A stretch of DNA of 64,000 bases, taken from the NCBI GenBank assembly GCA_965649765.1, contig OZ287749.1, positions 12,710,001 to 12,774,000 on the forward strand, given 5' to 3'. The first letter of the stretch is position 1, and the number at the start of each line of letters is the position of its first letter. A program made the translations under genes and the position numbers. Of the stretch, positions 1-12,939 are shown piece after piece. Source of the DNA: Bispira polyomma. Lineage: Eukaryota. Below the pieces are notes generated by a model. The model saw only the letters and a program-made list of their open reading frames with translations, did not search any database and was not told the DNA's origin.

Positions 1-680
1 GGACACCACTGTCCCCTAGACTCAAGATAGCTATCACTTTGAGACATTTAGCAACTGGGTCATACACATCACTGCAGTACTCTTTTGTACTGGGCAGGTC
101 AAGCATCATCAAGTTTGTGCCACAGGTTTGTCAGGCCATCATAGATGAGCTCTGGGAGGAATTTATGTCTTGCCCCACCAGCCCAGAGGACTGGAAGAAG
201 GTTGAGTCTGTCTTCAGGAACACATGGAATGTATCAAATGCCCTGGAGGTTATAGATAGGAAATATATTGCCATTCAACGTCAAAGAAAAGGGGGCAGTG
301 AATATTTCAACTAAAATGGCTTCCACTCCATAGTGATGCTGGCCTTGGTGGATGCAGAGTACAAGTTCCTGTGGGTCGACCTGGGATCTAGTGGGACCAG
401 CTCAGATTCCCAGATATTCAGTAGGTCAGAACTGAAGGAGAAGACAGAAAATCAGTCCATCAACTTTCCCCTCCTAAAGCCATAAGCCATAAGCCCTTTT
501 AGGCACCCCATTCCCTACTTTATCTTTGAGGGATGGATCTGAATGAGAGGATTTACAACTATGGGATTTCCCAGATGAGAAGGGTGGTAGAGAATTCCTT
601 TGGGATTCTAGAACAGAGGTTCAGGGTTCTACTCTCTACCATGCAGCAAGAACCACCAGTGGTAGCCACCGTCACCACAA
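1..680 (+). pseudogene. PIF/Harbinger (HARBI1-like) DDE transposase, decayed fragment
   Basis: LRHLATGSYTSLQYSF, ALEVIDRKYIAI (GAIDGKHI-like), GSEYFN*NGFHSIVMLALVDAEYKFLWVDLGSSG.SSDSQIF, ERIYNYGISQMRRVVENSFGILEQRFRVL; internal stop at 312-314 and deletions; 5' end lies outside the window. Confidence 0.85.
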
Positions 681-685
681 ATGAC

Positions 686-1100
686 TTAACTCACGTACAC
701 GGAGAAACTAAAACTACTTGCCCCTACACACATAAATTAAAATATATTGTTAACTTTTAAACTAAATTTCCCTGTTATGTGGAGACCCCTTAAAGTAGAA
801 CTTTGTTAACTCAATTTCCCTGTTATGTGGAGTCCCCTTTTAGTAGAACTCTCTTAACTAAATTTCCCTGGTATTTGAGAGAGCAGCATTTTTCTTTTAA
901 AATGTACCTTGTTTAGTGGAAATATTTTGGTGGTGGGGATAATGTTATTTACTTGAATTTTTACAGTTTTTGACAGTTTTGACTTTGACAGTTATCTTTT
1001 GTAGCCATTATTTCTTACAATTTTCAAAATATTTACAATTTATTTTCATTTATGTGTGTAGGGGGCAAGTAGTTTTTGTTACTGTGTGTAAGTGAGTTTA
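686..1100. mobile_element. MITE-like insertion with ~55-bp TIRs and internal ~52-bp tandem repeats
   Basis: aactcacgtacac...aaaactacttgcccctacacacataaat (~688-736) is the inverted repeat of atttatgtgtgtagggggcaagtagttttt...gtgagttt (~1048-1099); 2.5 copies of aactaaatttccctgttatgtggagacccctt at 760-870; truncates the transposase. Confidence 0.6.
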
Positions 1101-3232
1101 GTTTTTTATGGGGGCAGTTTTCTTCTTGTCATGGTTTTTAAAATTTTTTTAGGGATGAACAACCAAAGCTTAGATATTGTTGCATGATTATACCAATGCT
1201 TATTGGCATAATCATGCTTTCCTGGAGAAAGAGGAGAGGAGAGATAGTGGAAGAACCATAGTTATGCATGGTTACATCCTGTTCACAGGGTAATCTCTGA
1301 ATCTGTAGGGAGCTGTGCTCTTATATTTGAAATATATACACTCTCTGGTCTCTAGTTGGTCCAAAATTAATTTGGCTTGATTATATGGGTTATAGTATAA
1401 GTTATTCAAATTTTATATATTGAGATCGTCAGATTTGATTGAAGGGTCCTGTAACGCCCATTTCAGGTTTTTCAATCTCATCAGAAGTATCATTGTAAAG
1501 ATATTTTTGTGTAGATATTTTTGTGAATGAAAGTAGAGTACTGAGTAATACAGGATATTCCGAGCATGCACAGTGACACAATCAACACCCTCTTGATAAT
1601 TTATTCCCAAGAAGTCACAAAAGACTTGGTTCATTTTTGGTTAATCAATACACAAAACATTGCTAGAACCTTCTATTGATCGAGAACTTTTCTTTGATAT
1701 TTCCAGAAACAGTTTCGTCACTTGTCTGGGTTTGCAGTGAAAATACCGTGAAAACCATAAAAAAATTAAATAAAATTAGAAATAAAATACGTTATTTAAG
1801 GATATCTCTCCAAAAGTTCCTCTTTATAGATATAAGTGATTGTTTGAAATCCATTTTTAAAATAATTCTCAACATCGAAGTGAAATTTAATCACAGTTTC
1901 TAACAGATCTTGGCTCATTTATATGTCTGGACAGGGGCCTGTTTTCGACAGTATAATCAGTTCCGGATCAAGGTTCTAAGAGTAGAGGTATATGTACAAT
2001 AATGTAAGATATTTTTTTATTAAAATCGAATATTAAACAAATATAAGGGTACTTGCTTCTACTTGGTGTTTTTGTCTTCTTCTTTTAATGAATATTAATA
2101 GATTTGTTTATAGACATTTGCCATAACATAGTAAAATTAGGCATAAAGGCATAATCTTCATGTGCAGTCATTTTTTTCATCAAAATCCGTTGAGAAATGC
2201 TTCAGTTTAAATACAGGTAGCAAATTTGGCAATCCCAGAAAGCGCCCCAAAGCTCCAACTTTCATATAAGGATATTTAACTGCCTTTCACTCGGCAATAA
2301 TTGTCACATCTAGGGAGTCAAGGGTCAAAGTTCAAACTTCATTATCGCTCACACACACATGCTTTACTTCCGAGATATACATCGGCTATGGACTTAATAA
2401 AAAACAAGGTCTGCAAATTTAAAAATATTAACTTATATATTAGTGATGATCAATGTCCCGTATTTGATTTAATATATATCTTACAATATATATCTTATAT
2501 CACATATGCATCCCGGTATGTGCTTGCCAAAGTCTATGAATGAATTAATTACTTCACGACTTCCCGGCCTATATCATTTCCGCTGTATTCTGGGAAAGTT
2601 ATCGCTGCATACAACCACTACGTTGTTTTTATTGTCGGTCAATGAAAATGATCCCGAGATCTGTTACAGTAATTAAACTTCAAAATATATTTATAAAAAT
2701 GGGAAATATTTAACAAAGCATGCTACATGGAAGGTTTGGAGCAATTTCCTTAAATAACTGATTTTATTTCCAATTTTGCAAAAGTTTCTGGTTAGGGTAA
2801 GATTTTCGACGCCGTAGCAAAGGTGTGAGCGAAAATAGAAGATACTAGACACTGTGCCTATTTTGACACCCCTTTGAAAAAAATCCATCTTCGTCTGGTT
2901 TACTATTTCCATACTTGTACGTAACTTGCTTTGTAGTGGCATCATCATGATATGGCCACCAGGCCATTCTCCTCTTGTTTTTGAAAGTTTGGGTGGCCCT
3001 GAAAAGGGCCTTTATGGTTGCTGAGGAGAAGAATGGAGGCTGTCTACTGGTCTGTGGTGGCGGTGCTGGTGCTGGCTGGTGACAAAGTGATTGTGATGGT
3101 TGCGGTGGATGTTGTGTCTGTGTATGTCTGTGTGTTGTATGTCTGTCTGATTGTCCGGCTCCAGAGGCTTAAAAGGATTATTAGTGTCAATGTTCTGGTA
3201 GCTAATGTCCCCCGTGGCCATTTCAAAACCTC

Positions 3233-4033
3233 TTACAAGTGATGATACAGATGATGTGTTGAAGACTTCAGCCTCCGATGTGGGTGTGGGTGCCTAGTAG
3301 TACTGAACAACACTGGTGCTGCCATCGAACTTCCAGCTAGGATCTTTGATGTGACGACCTGAATGGACTGCTGGGGCAACTTGACCAGGGAGTGCTGAGG
3401 AGGCCATGGTGGCTGTTGTCTAATCAGTGGGTGGTAGACAAAGTGTTGTTGCTGTGGTTGCTGTGGGATGAAGGAAGGTGGCGCCATCTGATATGAGGGA
3501 ATAGGCTGTTGAAACTGTTGTGGTTGGAAGTGTGAAATGACTTGTTCAGAAGTATAAACCCTCTCTTGCATATTGCTGACCAATATTGAATTGAGGTTGA
3601 ATGCTTCTCTCCTGAATTGCGTGAAGTACTGGTCGAGCAGTTTCTCTGCTTCAAGAGTCAACCAGTTCTGGAAAGCACTTCGGGGTCCCTCTGTCTTCGT
3701 CTTGATGGCCGTCTTCAAAAACCCTGCGTCCAATACGCTTGTGAAGCAGAAATCTTGCCAATGGATGTCCTTCTTCTGTGTGTCCTTATACAGTGCATGG
3801 CTCTTGTAATATAGCCACTCATGATCCTTGAGGAAATCCACCACGGCCTCCTCCTGGTCATTCGTAGAACTGTCCTCATTTTTAAACTTTTTCTTCCTAA
3901 TGATACCAGCCACTTCACTGTCCGCAGTGGTGTCCTGTGTTCCCTGTGTCTCATCCTGGGTCAGCAAATCCATCTGACAGCTGTGTCTCTGGCATGCTTT
4001 CTCCCCGAAGTGTTTTCTACACATGAAACTCAA
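3233..4033 (-). pseudogene. Harbinger ORF2-like MADF/Myb-SANT DNA-binding protein, decayed
   Basis: QEEAVVDFLKDHEWLYYKSHALYKDTQKKDIHW (MADF helix motif), AFQNWL...F.QFRREAF C-terminal motif, Q/P-rich tail; convergent with the transposase at 1-680, as in two-ORF Harbingers. Confidence 0.7.
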
Positions 4034-6079
4034 CGTACTCCTTCTCCTCCACTGTCTCTATCCTCCTTTTCTTTGATTTTTTTTTTTTTTGGTGGCATTG
4101 TAATATTTTATTTCATCTCAAAGAAAAAATTAACACCCTGTCTCAGTAAAACAAATTTTTTTGCCAACAGATGTGTACCCTCTGAAAGCTGGAACTGAAT
4201 GTGATGAAGATGACTGTCACGGCCCCCTTTTATATCTTCTGCAACCCCCTAAAGACTTGTTGGCCAATAAGATTTCATGCCAGAGTTATCGCTGTCAACC
4301 CGTATTATCTGTTGTCTCTCCCAAGTTATCTTTTCACTTGATCCTTGTTGAGGACCTATCTTTTGTCTTCCTTTTTTAAAAAAGTTATCTTTTCAATTGG
4401 GGCGTTTCTAATTACCTATCTATTGCTAAGCCCAAGTTATCCTTTCACTCGGGCCATTTCTAACTACCTATCGTTGGCACATGACTCGATAACTCAGGGA
4501 TGTGTGACGATAAGTCGGTATGATCCCGACCTATCGCTACAGATGGGAAGAGAAGCCGGGATGTTGATAGATGAATTTTTCCAGAACATTCTTATCCTCC
4601 AAGAACCCTACCTATAGTAAAGGAGGGTGAGCAGTGTCTTGATGTCACAAAGTTTATTGCCCAGGTTGCAAATTATTAATTTAGAACAAATTGGGGTGTT
4701 ACATACATTTCCTGAATATCTGCTTCAATCATCCATCTGTCCAATCTGCCTACGTCAGTACTAGAGCAACTGAAGTTTTTGTGAGTCATCTGTTCATCTC
4801 TTTTTGGAGATATCTAGCGAAATAAAGAAGATTGGCCATCAACTAGCGTTGTAGACTGTAATTTTGGAGATTACATCAATCACCTCAAAGACCCTTCCCT
4901 AGGATTTCTTATCTTTCCTATTGACTATTTTGATACTTCCATCAAACCCATAACATCCTGCATCAACTCTTCACTATGCAGGTTTTTTCTATCAGCTTAA
5001 CCGTTGCCCATGATGTTACTCTGGATAAGAAATTGCCTTGATAATGAAATATTTAAAAACTATAAAGAGCATGTTTCCATACTTATTTCCTGGATCCTTC
5101 AGTGGGCCTCCATACTTGTAATGATTTATTCAAATGGTTCAGCTTGTATGTAACATGCCAGTTACCTTGTGATAGGCTGTTTAGCTTTGGAGTTCCACAA
5201 GGATTTTTAAGGTACACTACTCCCATTCTAGTTCCATAATAAGTAGCCACAAAACGTCATCGAGTATCAGCAAAAACGATTAATAACACTTTGAGCCTAA
5301 TAGAGTCTAATAAAGTCTAATAGAGTAAGAATATTCTTTTGACAGAATGATCATGTAGACATGTATGTCTTCATTCGTTGGTAGCTCTGTTCCACTACCT
5401 ATTATATAAAATTATCCTGAAATTAATTTGAGTAGATGTAACCATTTTGTTTTTTTAGTTACAGGTACTTTCTTCTTCTTTTCCTAAGTTAATATGTTTT
5501 TCCTCATTCATGATTGCTCGTTATAATGTGTATCTGTGCATACTAGTGAATATACACATGCTGACATATTTTGGTACAAGATGCTACAGTAATAAATGCT
5601 TATTGAGTGTATGCCTTTTACTGTGCTATGACTCAAAAGTAAAAAAAAAATGGATAAATTCCCTTCTACAGTCACGTCAATATTTTATGGATTGTTTTCT
5701 CTCACATGCCTCATCTTAAAGTTCAGGTAAATTGCTTCCTTAGTTTTTATGTCAAAATACGGGATGACTTGTATTATCTGATTGTAATCTTGTGAAAAGC
5801 TGAAACAAATTTAGCAATAAGTTTTTTTTTTTATGATTCTCCAATTTTACACAGCATATAATGTATCATGTAATTACAAGTACATAAATAGAAATATATA
5901 TAAATGTTCGTACATGCATGATTTAGTACATAAAAAAAATAGAGTAAAACAATTATATTTGTAAATACATAATAGTCAAACAATAGTACATGTACTAGAA
6001 AAATAAGAATAAATATGGAAATACACTCAAATACATACCAATACTATCAATCACAATTATACATCTTCTATATATTTAC

Positions 6080-9000
6080 ATTAAAGAGCGTCTTCATGTT
6101 GACCAAATTTCTTTAAATGTGTCTTCCCTTCCTTTTTCTTTATTTACATAATATTCATTTTGGTAGATATGTTCAAGTTTTTGTTAAGGTATGGAAGTTT
6201 AATTTTTCTTTGTTTATATCACATGAGAAAATATAATGTTTAGTTGCTATTATAATAAGGTTGATTGGAAGGAATTTATTTCTATCATTGCTAATGGTGC
6301 CCAATATAATTTGCTTTGGATCAAAATTAACCTCAGTAGTGAAATAGTTTTTCAACCACTGCTTTAAATCACTCCATAGTTGTTGCACTGGTTGACAAAA
6401 GACAAATAAGTGCAATATTGTTTCACAGTCAGTATTGCACAATCTACAAATTTCTGATTCAGTAATGGACATTTTAAACAGTAAACTCCTTGTGCCAAGT
6501 ACAAAATGCAATATTCTATACTGAAACCAAATGAAATGATTATGTGTTATTGAATAAAGCATATATGAAATATATTTTTCCATGTCAATGCATCTATTTC
6601 TAAATTTAAATTTCCTTGCCATTTTTGCCTATACTTGGAAGAACTTTCTTTTTTATTGATTTCATTGTAAATATTTTGCAACCACTTTTACCTTGGATAA
6701 CCAGGGACAGATTAGGTATACAGTTGAACCTCTTATTATCCGACCCTCTATTATTCAAATATTTGATTTTACGGATTCAATTTCACTCTCCCAAACTTAT
6801 TTTTTATACTAAAATACCTCTTCTATTCTATGGACCTTCTATTATCCAAACAAATTCTCACTCTCCAAAAATGTCCGTAAAATAGAGGTTCTACTGTATA
6901 TGGTCTTTCTAACCTTGGCAAAACAGGTCTATTATTTTTCTTCAAAAATTTAGTAATATCTGTTTTTACTTGATAATACTCCAAAAAATTTATGTTGGAT
7001 ACATTATACATAGACTCGATTGTTTGTTTGCTTAACAGTACACCATTACTTTGTAGAATGTCACCTAGAACTGCTATACCTGTCTCATGCCATTTTCGTT
7101 TGTAAAAATTTGTTTTTGTAATCCTTTTGTTGTTCCATAAAGGTGTATTCAAGATTGTATCCTTATTACTTTCCATTGTGTGGTCAAATAAAGATGCACA
7201 AATTTGTAATATGTTTTTCCAAACTTCATTACTTACTTTTGATTGTAACAGTGTACACCAATATGAACCAAAGTCTGTTATATTTTTTATTGGACATTGT
7301 GTTAATTCAAAAGTTTTGACCATTGTGATTCCTGTGACTTCAGCAGTTTTCTGATCCAAGTGCTTTTTAAGCTTTGGCAAAGTTTTCAATGTTAACATTT
7401 TCAGTCCACCATTACAGTAATCATGACTAATTTGGATACGGTTAATTTTATCAGGTTTGCCATCCCACAAAAAACCATATAATATATCATTAAACTCTTT
7501 ATAGAATTGTCTACTTGACAGAGGAATTGACATGAATAAATGGTTCAACTTTGCAAGAATCAGTGTTTTTATTATTGTAATTTTACCAAGTGGAGTTAAT
7601 GGTCTGGTTTTCCAACTAAAATTAATTTTCTTTATTTAGTCAATAGCTTTTGAATAGTTCACACTAGGTATTTTTTTCAAATTAATATCAAAATCCAGTG
7701 CTAATAAGGTAAATTCTTCAGTGCTTCAATCAAAACTATAGTTGCATTTAAATTTATCTTTCGAATGTTTTTTCCTTCCAATCCAGACAAGTTTTGTTTT
7801 ACTAAAATTCATTTTCAGTCCCGATATTGTTCCAAATTTTTTTAATTAATTTAGTACTGCAGTTAAGAAGCTCTCTGAACCATCAAGAATTAGCGTGGTA
7901 TCATCGGCAAATTGTGTTACTTTAAATTCAGTTTGTTTTATGGTTAAGCCTTTGATCTCTTTATTATTTTCAAGTAACAGATATAAAATTTGACATAGTA
8001 TAAATAAATATGGGCCAATGTATCACCTTGTTTGCAACCTCTTTCTATGTTAAAAAAAGTCCTGAGGCTTTAAATGCCGTGTTAAACAGTGTTACCCATT
8101 TGATAAATTTTTCAGTAAATCTATTTTTCAGTAAAAGTATTTCAGAACACTACCCAAACATTTACATGAAATCGAATCCAAGGCCTTCTCGAAATCTATA
8201 AGCATTAGTAGTCCATCAATGTTATTATTTTCTGTGTATTCATAATGTCATATATTGAACGAATGCTATCACCTATAAATCTACCTTCTAAAAAACCTGT
8301 TTGAGCCATTGAAATTAATTTTGGTAAAACAGTTTTCATGCGAGACGCTATAACACTTGACAATTGCTCAAAAATGTTAATGTTTCCCATTAAGTTATCG
8401 CTTTTTGAGAACAACTTTGCATAAAAACGCTTAACTTCATTGAGAATATCTTTTTGACATGTTAAGAAACCACCATTATCTACACGGAGTCTTCTCATAG
8501 TTTTGTCAATAAAATGTTTTCTTCTTAAGCCACAAAATATTTTGTTGGTTATTCTTTGGGCAAGAGGTGTTTTGCCAGAGAGCGTATCATGTAACCAGTT
8601 ATATTTATTTCTCTAATTGTTTTTAATTCTTTTTTCATTTGATCAAGTTCATCTAAATGGGTATTATTATTTTCTATTTGCCTTTTAAGTTTTTCCTCTT
8701 GTAAATGTTTTTTTTCTTTAAAATACTCGCAAACTTAATTGATTCTCCCCGAATTTTTAACAGTATCATTTCTAAGAAGGTGCTTTCAGAAACAGTAAAT
8801 CCAATTTTTGAGTCCTCCATATTATTCAGATACTCTGTGTTATAAACAGGTAATGCATACTGATGTTTTACTTTCTTTATGGCTGTGTTAATAATGTCTA
8901 TATAGTCTGAGTTTCTTAAGAGGCTGCAATTAAGGTGCCAAATTCCTTTACCCTCTCAAATTTGTTTATCAGTGAAGTTAACTCAACCGACGAGTGGTCA

Positions 9001-9670
9001 CTCCTATAACTTGATTTTATTACACAATTGTTTATGAAATCGGTCAATTTATTGGAAGTTATAAAGTAATCTTGCTTTACAGGATTGCGACGACACCAGG
9101 AGTATCTTTTTAAAAGTGGATTCCGATGTCTGAAAGTATCTATTAAGTCATGTGTTTTCATAAGGTCAAGCAAGGTTTTTCTTGACTGTGGGTTATTAAT
9201 ATTCACATAGTTACAACTATCTAACGAAGGGTTCAAAACTAGATTGAGATCACTACATATAAAGATATAAGTTTCATCCGATTTTTCAATATAGTCTCCG
9301 ATTGTTTTGAAAAATTGTGGACTATCCTTATTTGGTGCATATACATTGATGAGTCTTAGTGATATATCTTGTAATTGTATATCTACTAAGAGAAGGTTAC
9401 CTTCCAAATCTTTATCAATATTTTAAAATTTTGTATTCAAAGTTTTTCTTAATCAGAACTAGCACACCACGTGAATTTGTCTTGACACCATGGATTATTA
9501 TATCACAGTCATGGTGCGTTGTAATATCATTTCCATCCGATTCCAAGAGTGTCTTGTAGACATAAGATATTTGTAGCATTACTAAGAGAATAATTTATCA
9601 CATCAAATTTTTTTTTTATCTCTAATCCCTTGGAGATTTGCCGATGATACCTTAATCTTGTTATTCAGAT
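6080..9670 (-). pseudogene. L1/Tx1 ORF2: APE endonuclease, reverse transcriptase, C-terminal zf-RVT
   Basis: IKVSSANLQGIRD (APE start), LINVYAPN, SDLNLVL, DYF...SDHS (APE); QTGFLEGRFIGDSIR, QFADDTTLILDG at ~7880-7915 (RT); FLWDGKPDKI, GGLKM, CRLC..ETILHLFVFC (Zn finger); many frameshifts and stops. Confidence 0.9.
6721..6896. mobile_element. Tc1/mariner(pogo)-type MITE inserted in the LINE ORF2
   Basis: TA|cagttgaacctct ... agaggttctactg|TA: 13-bp TIR (1 mismatch) with TA duplication. Confidence 0.8.
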
Positions 9671-10738
9671 AAATACCGATAATTTTCTTTTGACAGTGCC
9701 AAACAAAGATTATAATAACATTTTCTAAATTCCACTTTAGCTTTGATAACCCTATCTCTAAATAGTAGGCACTATGTAATGTGTTGTATATACAAATAAT
9801 ATATATTATATCTACCACATACAAATTTAAGATTTTTCAGCCAAACTATGCTCTTTGTACAATAAATCTACCACTGTAAATTAAATTGGAAAATATAAAA
9901 TCAACATTGAAATAATAAGAATTAATAATTTTAAATAATAAATAAATTATAAATAGTAAAAAATATGAACATAACGAAGAAGAAAAAAAAGTAAAAAAAT
10001 ATTGGTTAATATAACACACAAGTAGGCTGTATAGAATTTTTATGGAACAAGGACAGTCTGCTGTTTGATGTAATTTTGATTTTAATATATAATCTAAATT
10101 TGATGTAATTTTGATTTTAATACATAATATAATAGACAATATTGTTTTACTAATAACACAACTATATCATACCAAGTAATCTCTCAATATATATCTGTAT
10201 ATAATACAACATCTATATACATGCTGTTCCATAACCGTGGAGCTGTTATATAATCTAATTGTTAAGTTACTTATTAGATTTAACCTTTCTTATGCCACAA
10301 CATGTTTATATAATCTAATTGTTAAGTTACTTGTTAGGTTTCAAACACAATTAGTCTGACAAACACAATAGTCACTGTATATAATACCCATAGTAGTTGT
10401 CTAATTAGAACGTAAAATTATTGGCACATGAGAGGGGATTCCACTTAATAGAGTCACATGTAAAGGGGCTCAACTATGTTTAAAACAGATTACTATATAT
10501 CTATTTTGTAATGATAGTTTAAAAACCAAAACAAAAAACAGTCTTTTTTACTTGTGATATAAATGTTAATATCAATGATTCTTTAAAGTAATAATTAATC
10601 ATATATATATATATACATATGTGAGCATAGATATACAAATTAGTAATTAGTTTGGAAATATTGCAAATGAGTTATTTCAACATTTAAAATTTACTGAGAA
10701 GAATAGAATTTATTATAGAGTACAGGTAATATACTTGA

Positions 10739-11970
10739 TTACAATGTATTTCTAACTTGTTGCAAATGTTGGCCAAGAGTTTTTTTACCTCTCCATTTCT
10801 GTGGGTTCCAGATATCTTCATTTGATAGCAACAGTCCGACCCCCAGTATGTGTCATATGGATTAGCTTCCACTAACACAGTATCTCCAGTGTCCTTCAAG
10901 AATCTTCCAAGTGCACGATTTTGACTGAATTTTGCAGATAGTCCCTCTTTTATGTGGTCATCACAGACTGAGCACCACATAGAGTTGTCAAAATTGTTCA
11001 CTTGGTGACCAAAGTATTTGGCTGTACTTGGTGACCAAAGTATTTGGCTGTTTTTGGATCAGATGTTTGTAGAATTTCCTGGGCTCTGACATTGTCCCTA
11101 AAGTATGTAGCCTTGCTGTACATGAAGATCTGTTCAGATGATTGGAACTGTTGATTCTCCAGGGTGATGGGAGAAGGGTGATGATTGGATAGTGGTGATT
11201 GGTCAGTGAAGAATGCTGTAATGTTTTGTTTAGCCACGGTAGATAAGGTCCTGGGTTGCAGATCTAAGGATAACTTATCCAAATCATTGACATCATAATA
11301 AGTTTATCCACTACCAATTTTGTACTTCCCATTAGAATTAAAAGCTGCTTGCAGAACCGGGTTCAGTGTTTTTCGTCGATTCAAAACTTCAGCAGGAAAG
11401 TCTTCTACAACCCATATTCCTGTCTCACAAAAGTTTGATTTTGACTTCAAGATCTTTAACTTGTCTTTGAAATGCAGGAGCTTCTCTATAATCGCTCTTT
11501 TGTTTTCTCTGGTAGGTCCGGTGCGATGGGCTCGGACGATATCTCTGGTATCTAGAGTTATTCCTTGATGTCGGCATAAATCAATCACTATTGCCTCACA
11601 GTCTTCCTTATGATCTGATCTTTCATAAATCTCAATACTCAAGAATTTTAGGTTATCCCTTCTTGAATGAGTCTCCAAATTTATCAATCGATCAGTCAAA
11701 ACATGCTACTGTTTTTCCATGTTTAATTGTTTGGTATTGCACTGTTTTTGTTCATTTTCTAGTTTATCATACTTTTCGGTGAATGACTTCTTTACTGACT
11801 CTAATGATTTATTGATGTTGTTTACAGAACTTTTGATATTATCTTAAGTCACTATCTACTTTGTCCTGTAGGGTTTTAACTGATTGTCTAATAGTGTCCA
11901 AATCCTCTTAGATTGGGTTCAATTTATCATCTAAAATTTCCCCAAGATCAGCAGCTGTAAATTTAGGTGA
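10739..11970 (-). pseudogene. LINE ORF1 (coiled coil + L1-type RRM/CTD) fused to a C-terminal NADAR/YbiA-like domain
   Basis: Coiled coil LDDKLNPI..LDTIRQSVKTLQDKV; LETHSRRDNLKF..., IVRAHRTG, IWVVEDFPAEVLNRRKTL, KLVVDKLI (L1 ORF1). Then FFTDQSPLSNHHPSPI..F.SSEQIFMYSKA..F.D...A.EIL...DPKTAKYFGHQV.NFD...W.......GLSAKFSQN..L...L..TG...LVEANPYDTYWGVGL...W.G...LG..L..VR..L* (NADAR) after removing a 26-bp duplication (11000-11051) and restoring one G at ~10840. Confidence 0.85.
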
Positions 11971-12939
11971 TTTTTATATATTTCAAATATTTATGCAATT
12001 TTTATTTCATAATTTATTCCTTTTAATAGTTGTCTAATAGTCTGAAAGTTTATTACATGATGCTACATTGTTTAAACTATATTCTCGTACCTTTTTAAAT
12101 CTGTTACTTTAGAATATCCTCTTTAAATCTAGAAAAATTCCAAAGCACATAAAAAGCTTGTCCACACACCTCTACATCTAATTACTCAGCTAATAGATAA
12201 GTCTCAAGTTGAACAGCAAGTTGTGCACTAAAAGCTGTGCTTTCATATTTGTTACATATAGAGTGGCAGTGATGATCTAAATTTTCTGAAATTGAGATGG
12301 TTACAGTCAGAAATAATCAGGTTTTTACTGTAAGTTGAATTTTGCACACAACAATGGAGTTGTAAATGTATGCATGTGAATATAGTTGACATTGTCAGAC
12401 TGGAACCAGTTTAGATAGCACACCAGAATGAAGAGTATCATTTAGTCTTTCATGTTTTTGTTTCTATTCATTTTTGCATTGTTTTAACTTTTTCTGTTTT
12501 CTTCAATGCCATCATCATTATTGTTACAAAGAGATGGTATTACCTTTTTTCTTTCTCTTGGACCCATTCATTTGAAGGAAAAATCTCCAGGATTTGGGGT
12601 CATTTTTTTTATTGTTTTGTAGTAATGTAAACCTGCAGATGAACTGGGATGGTGCTTCTGATTCAGTAAGTGTTTTTAATTTTCTCATCTTACAGAGTAG
12701 CAATTATATTTGTAGTCACCTTTTCTGCTGCTGTGTGGCATATCATAATTGCCCCAAATCAGGCCTTTGTCTAAAACTTTTCAGACAACAACTCAGGTTC
12801 TCAGGAATGTACTGCAAGCTGTCCTTTCGTATATAGTCGCAATAATGATCTAAATTTTCTTAAATATAGAGATCGTTACAGTTAGAAATAAATATGTTTT
12901 GACTATAACTTGAATTTTGCACAGATCAATGGAGTTATG

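Larger units (their letters stand above)
5822..11970 (-). mobile_element. Near full-length L1/Tx1-clade non-LTR retrotransposon (ORF1-NADAR + ORF2 APE-RT-Zn), decayed
   Basis: All parts collinear on the minus strand: ORF1 (11970-10739), AT-rich spacer, ORF2 from ~9670 to ~6080, 3' UTR and T-run (poly-A on minus) at 5822-5832; outer boundaries approximate. Confidence 0.85.

Noticed and set aside
4690-5230. Possible Gypsy pol / LINE RT scraps (FSCSSTDVG on minus, FGVPQG on plus)
   Set aside because: Too short and degraded to assign.
10739-11282. NADAR as bacterial contamination or a stand-alone host ybiA gene
   Set aside because: It is contiguous and collinear with LINE ORF1, has the same decay level and base composition, and lacks operon context or introns.
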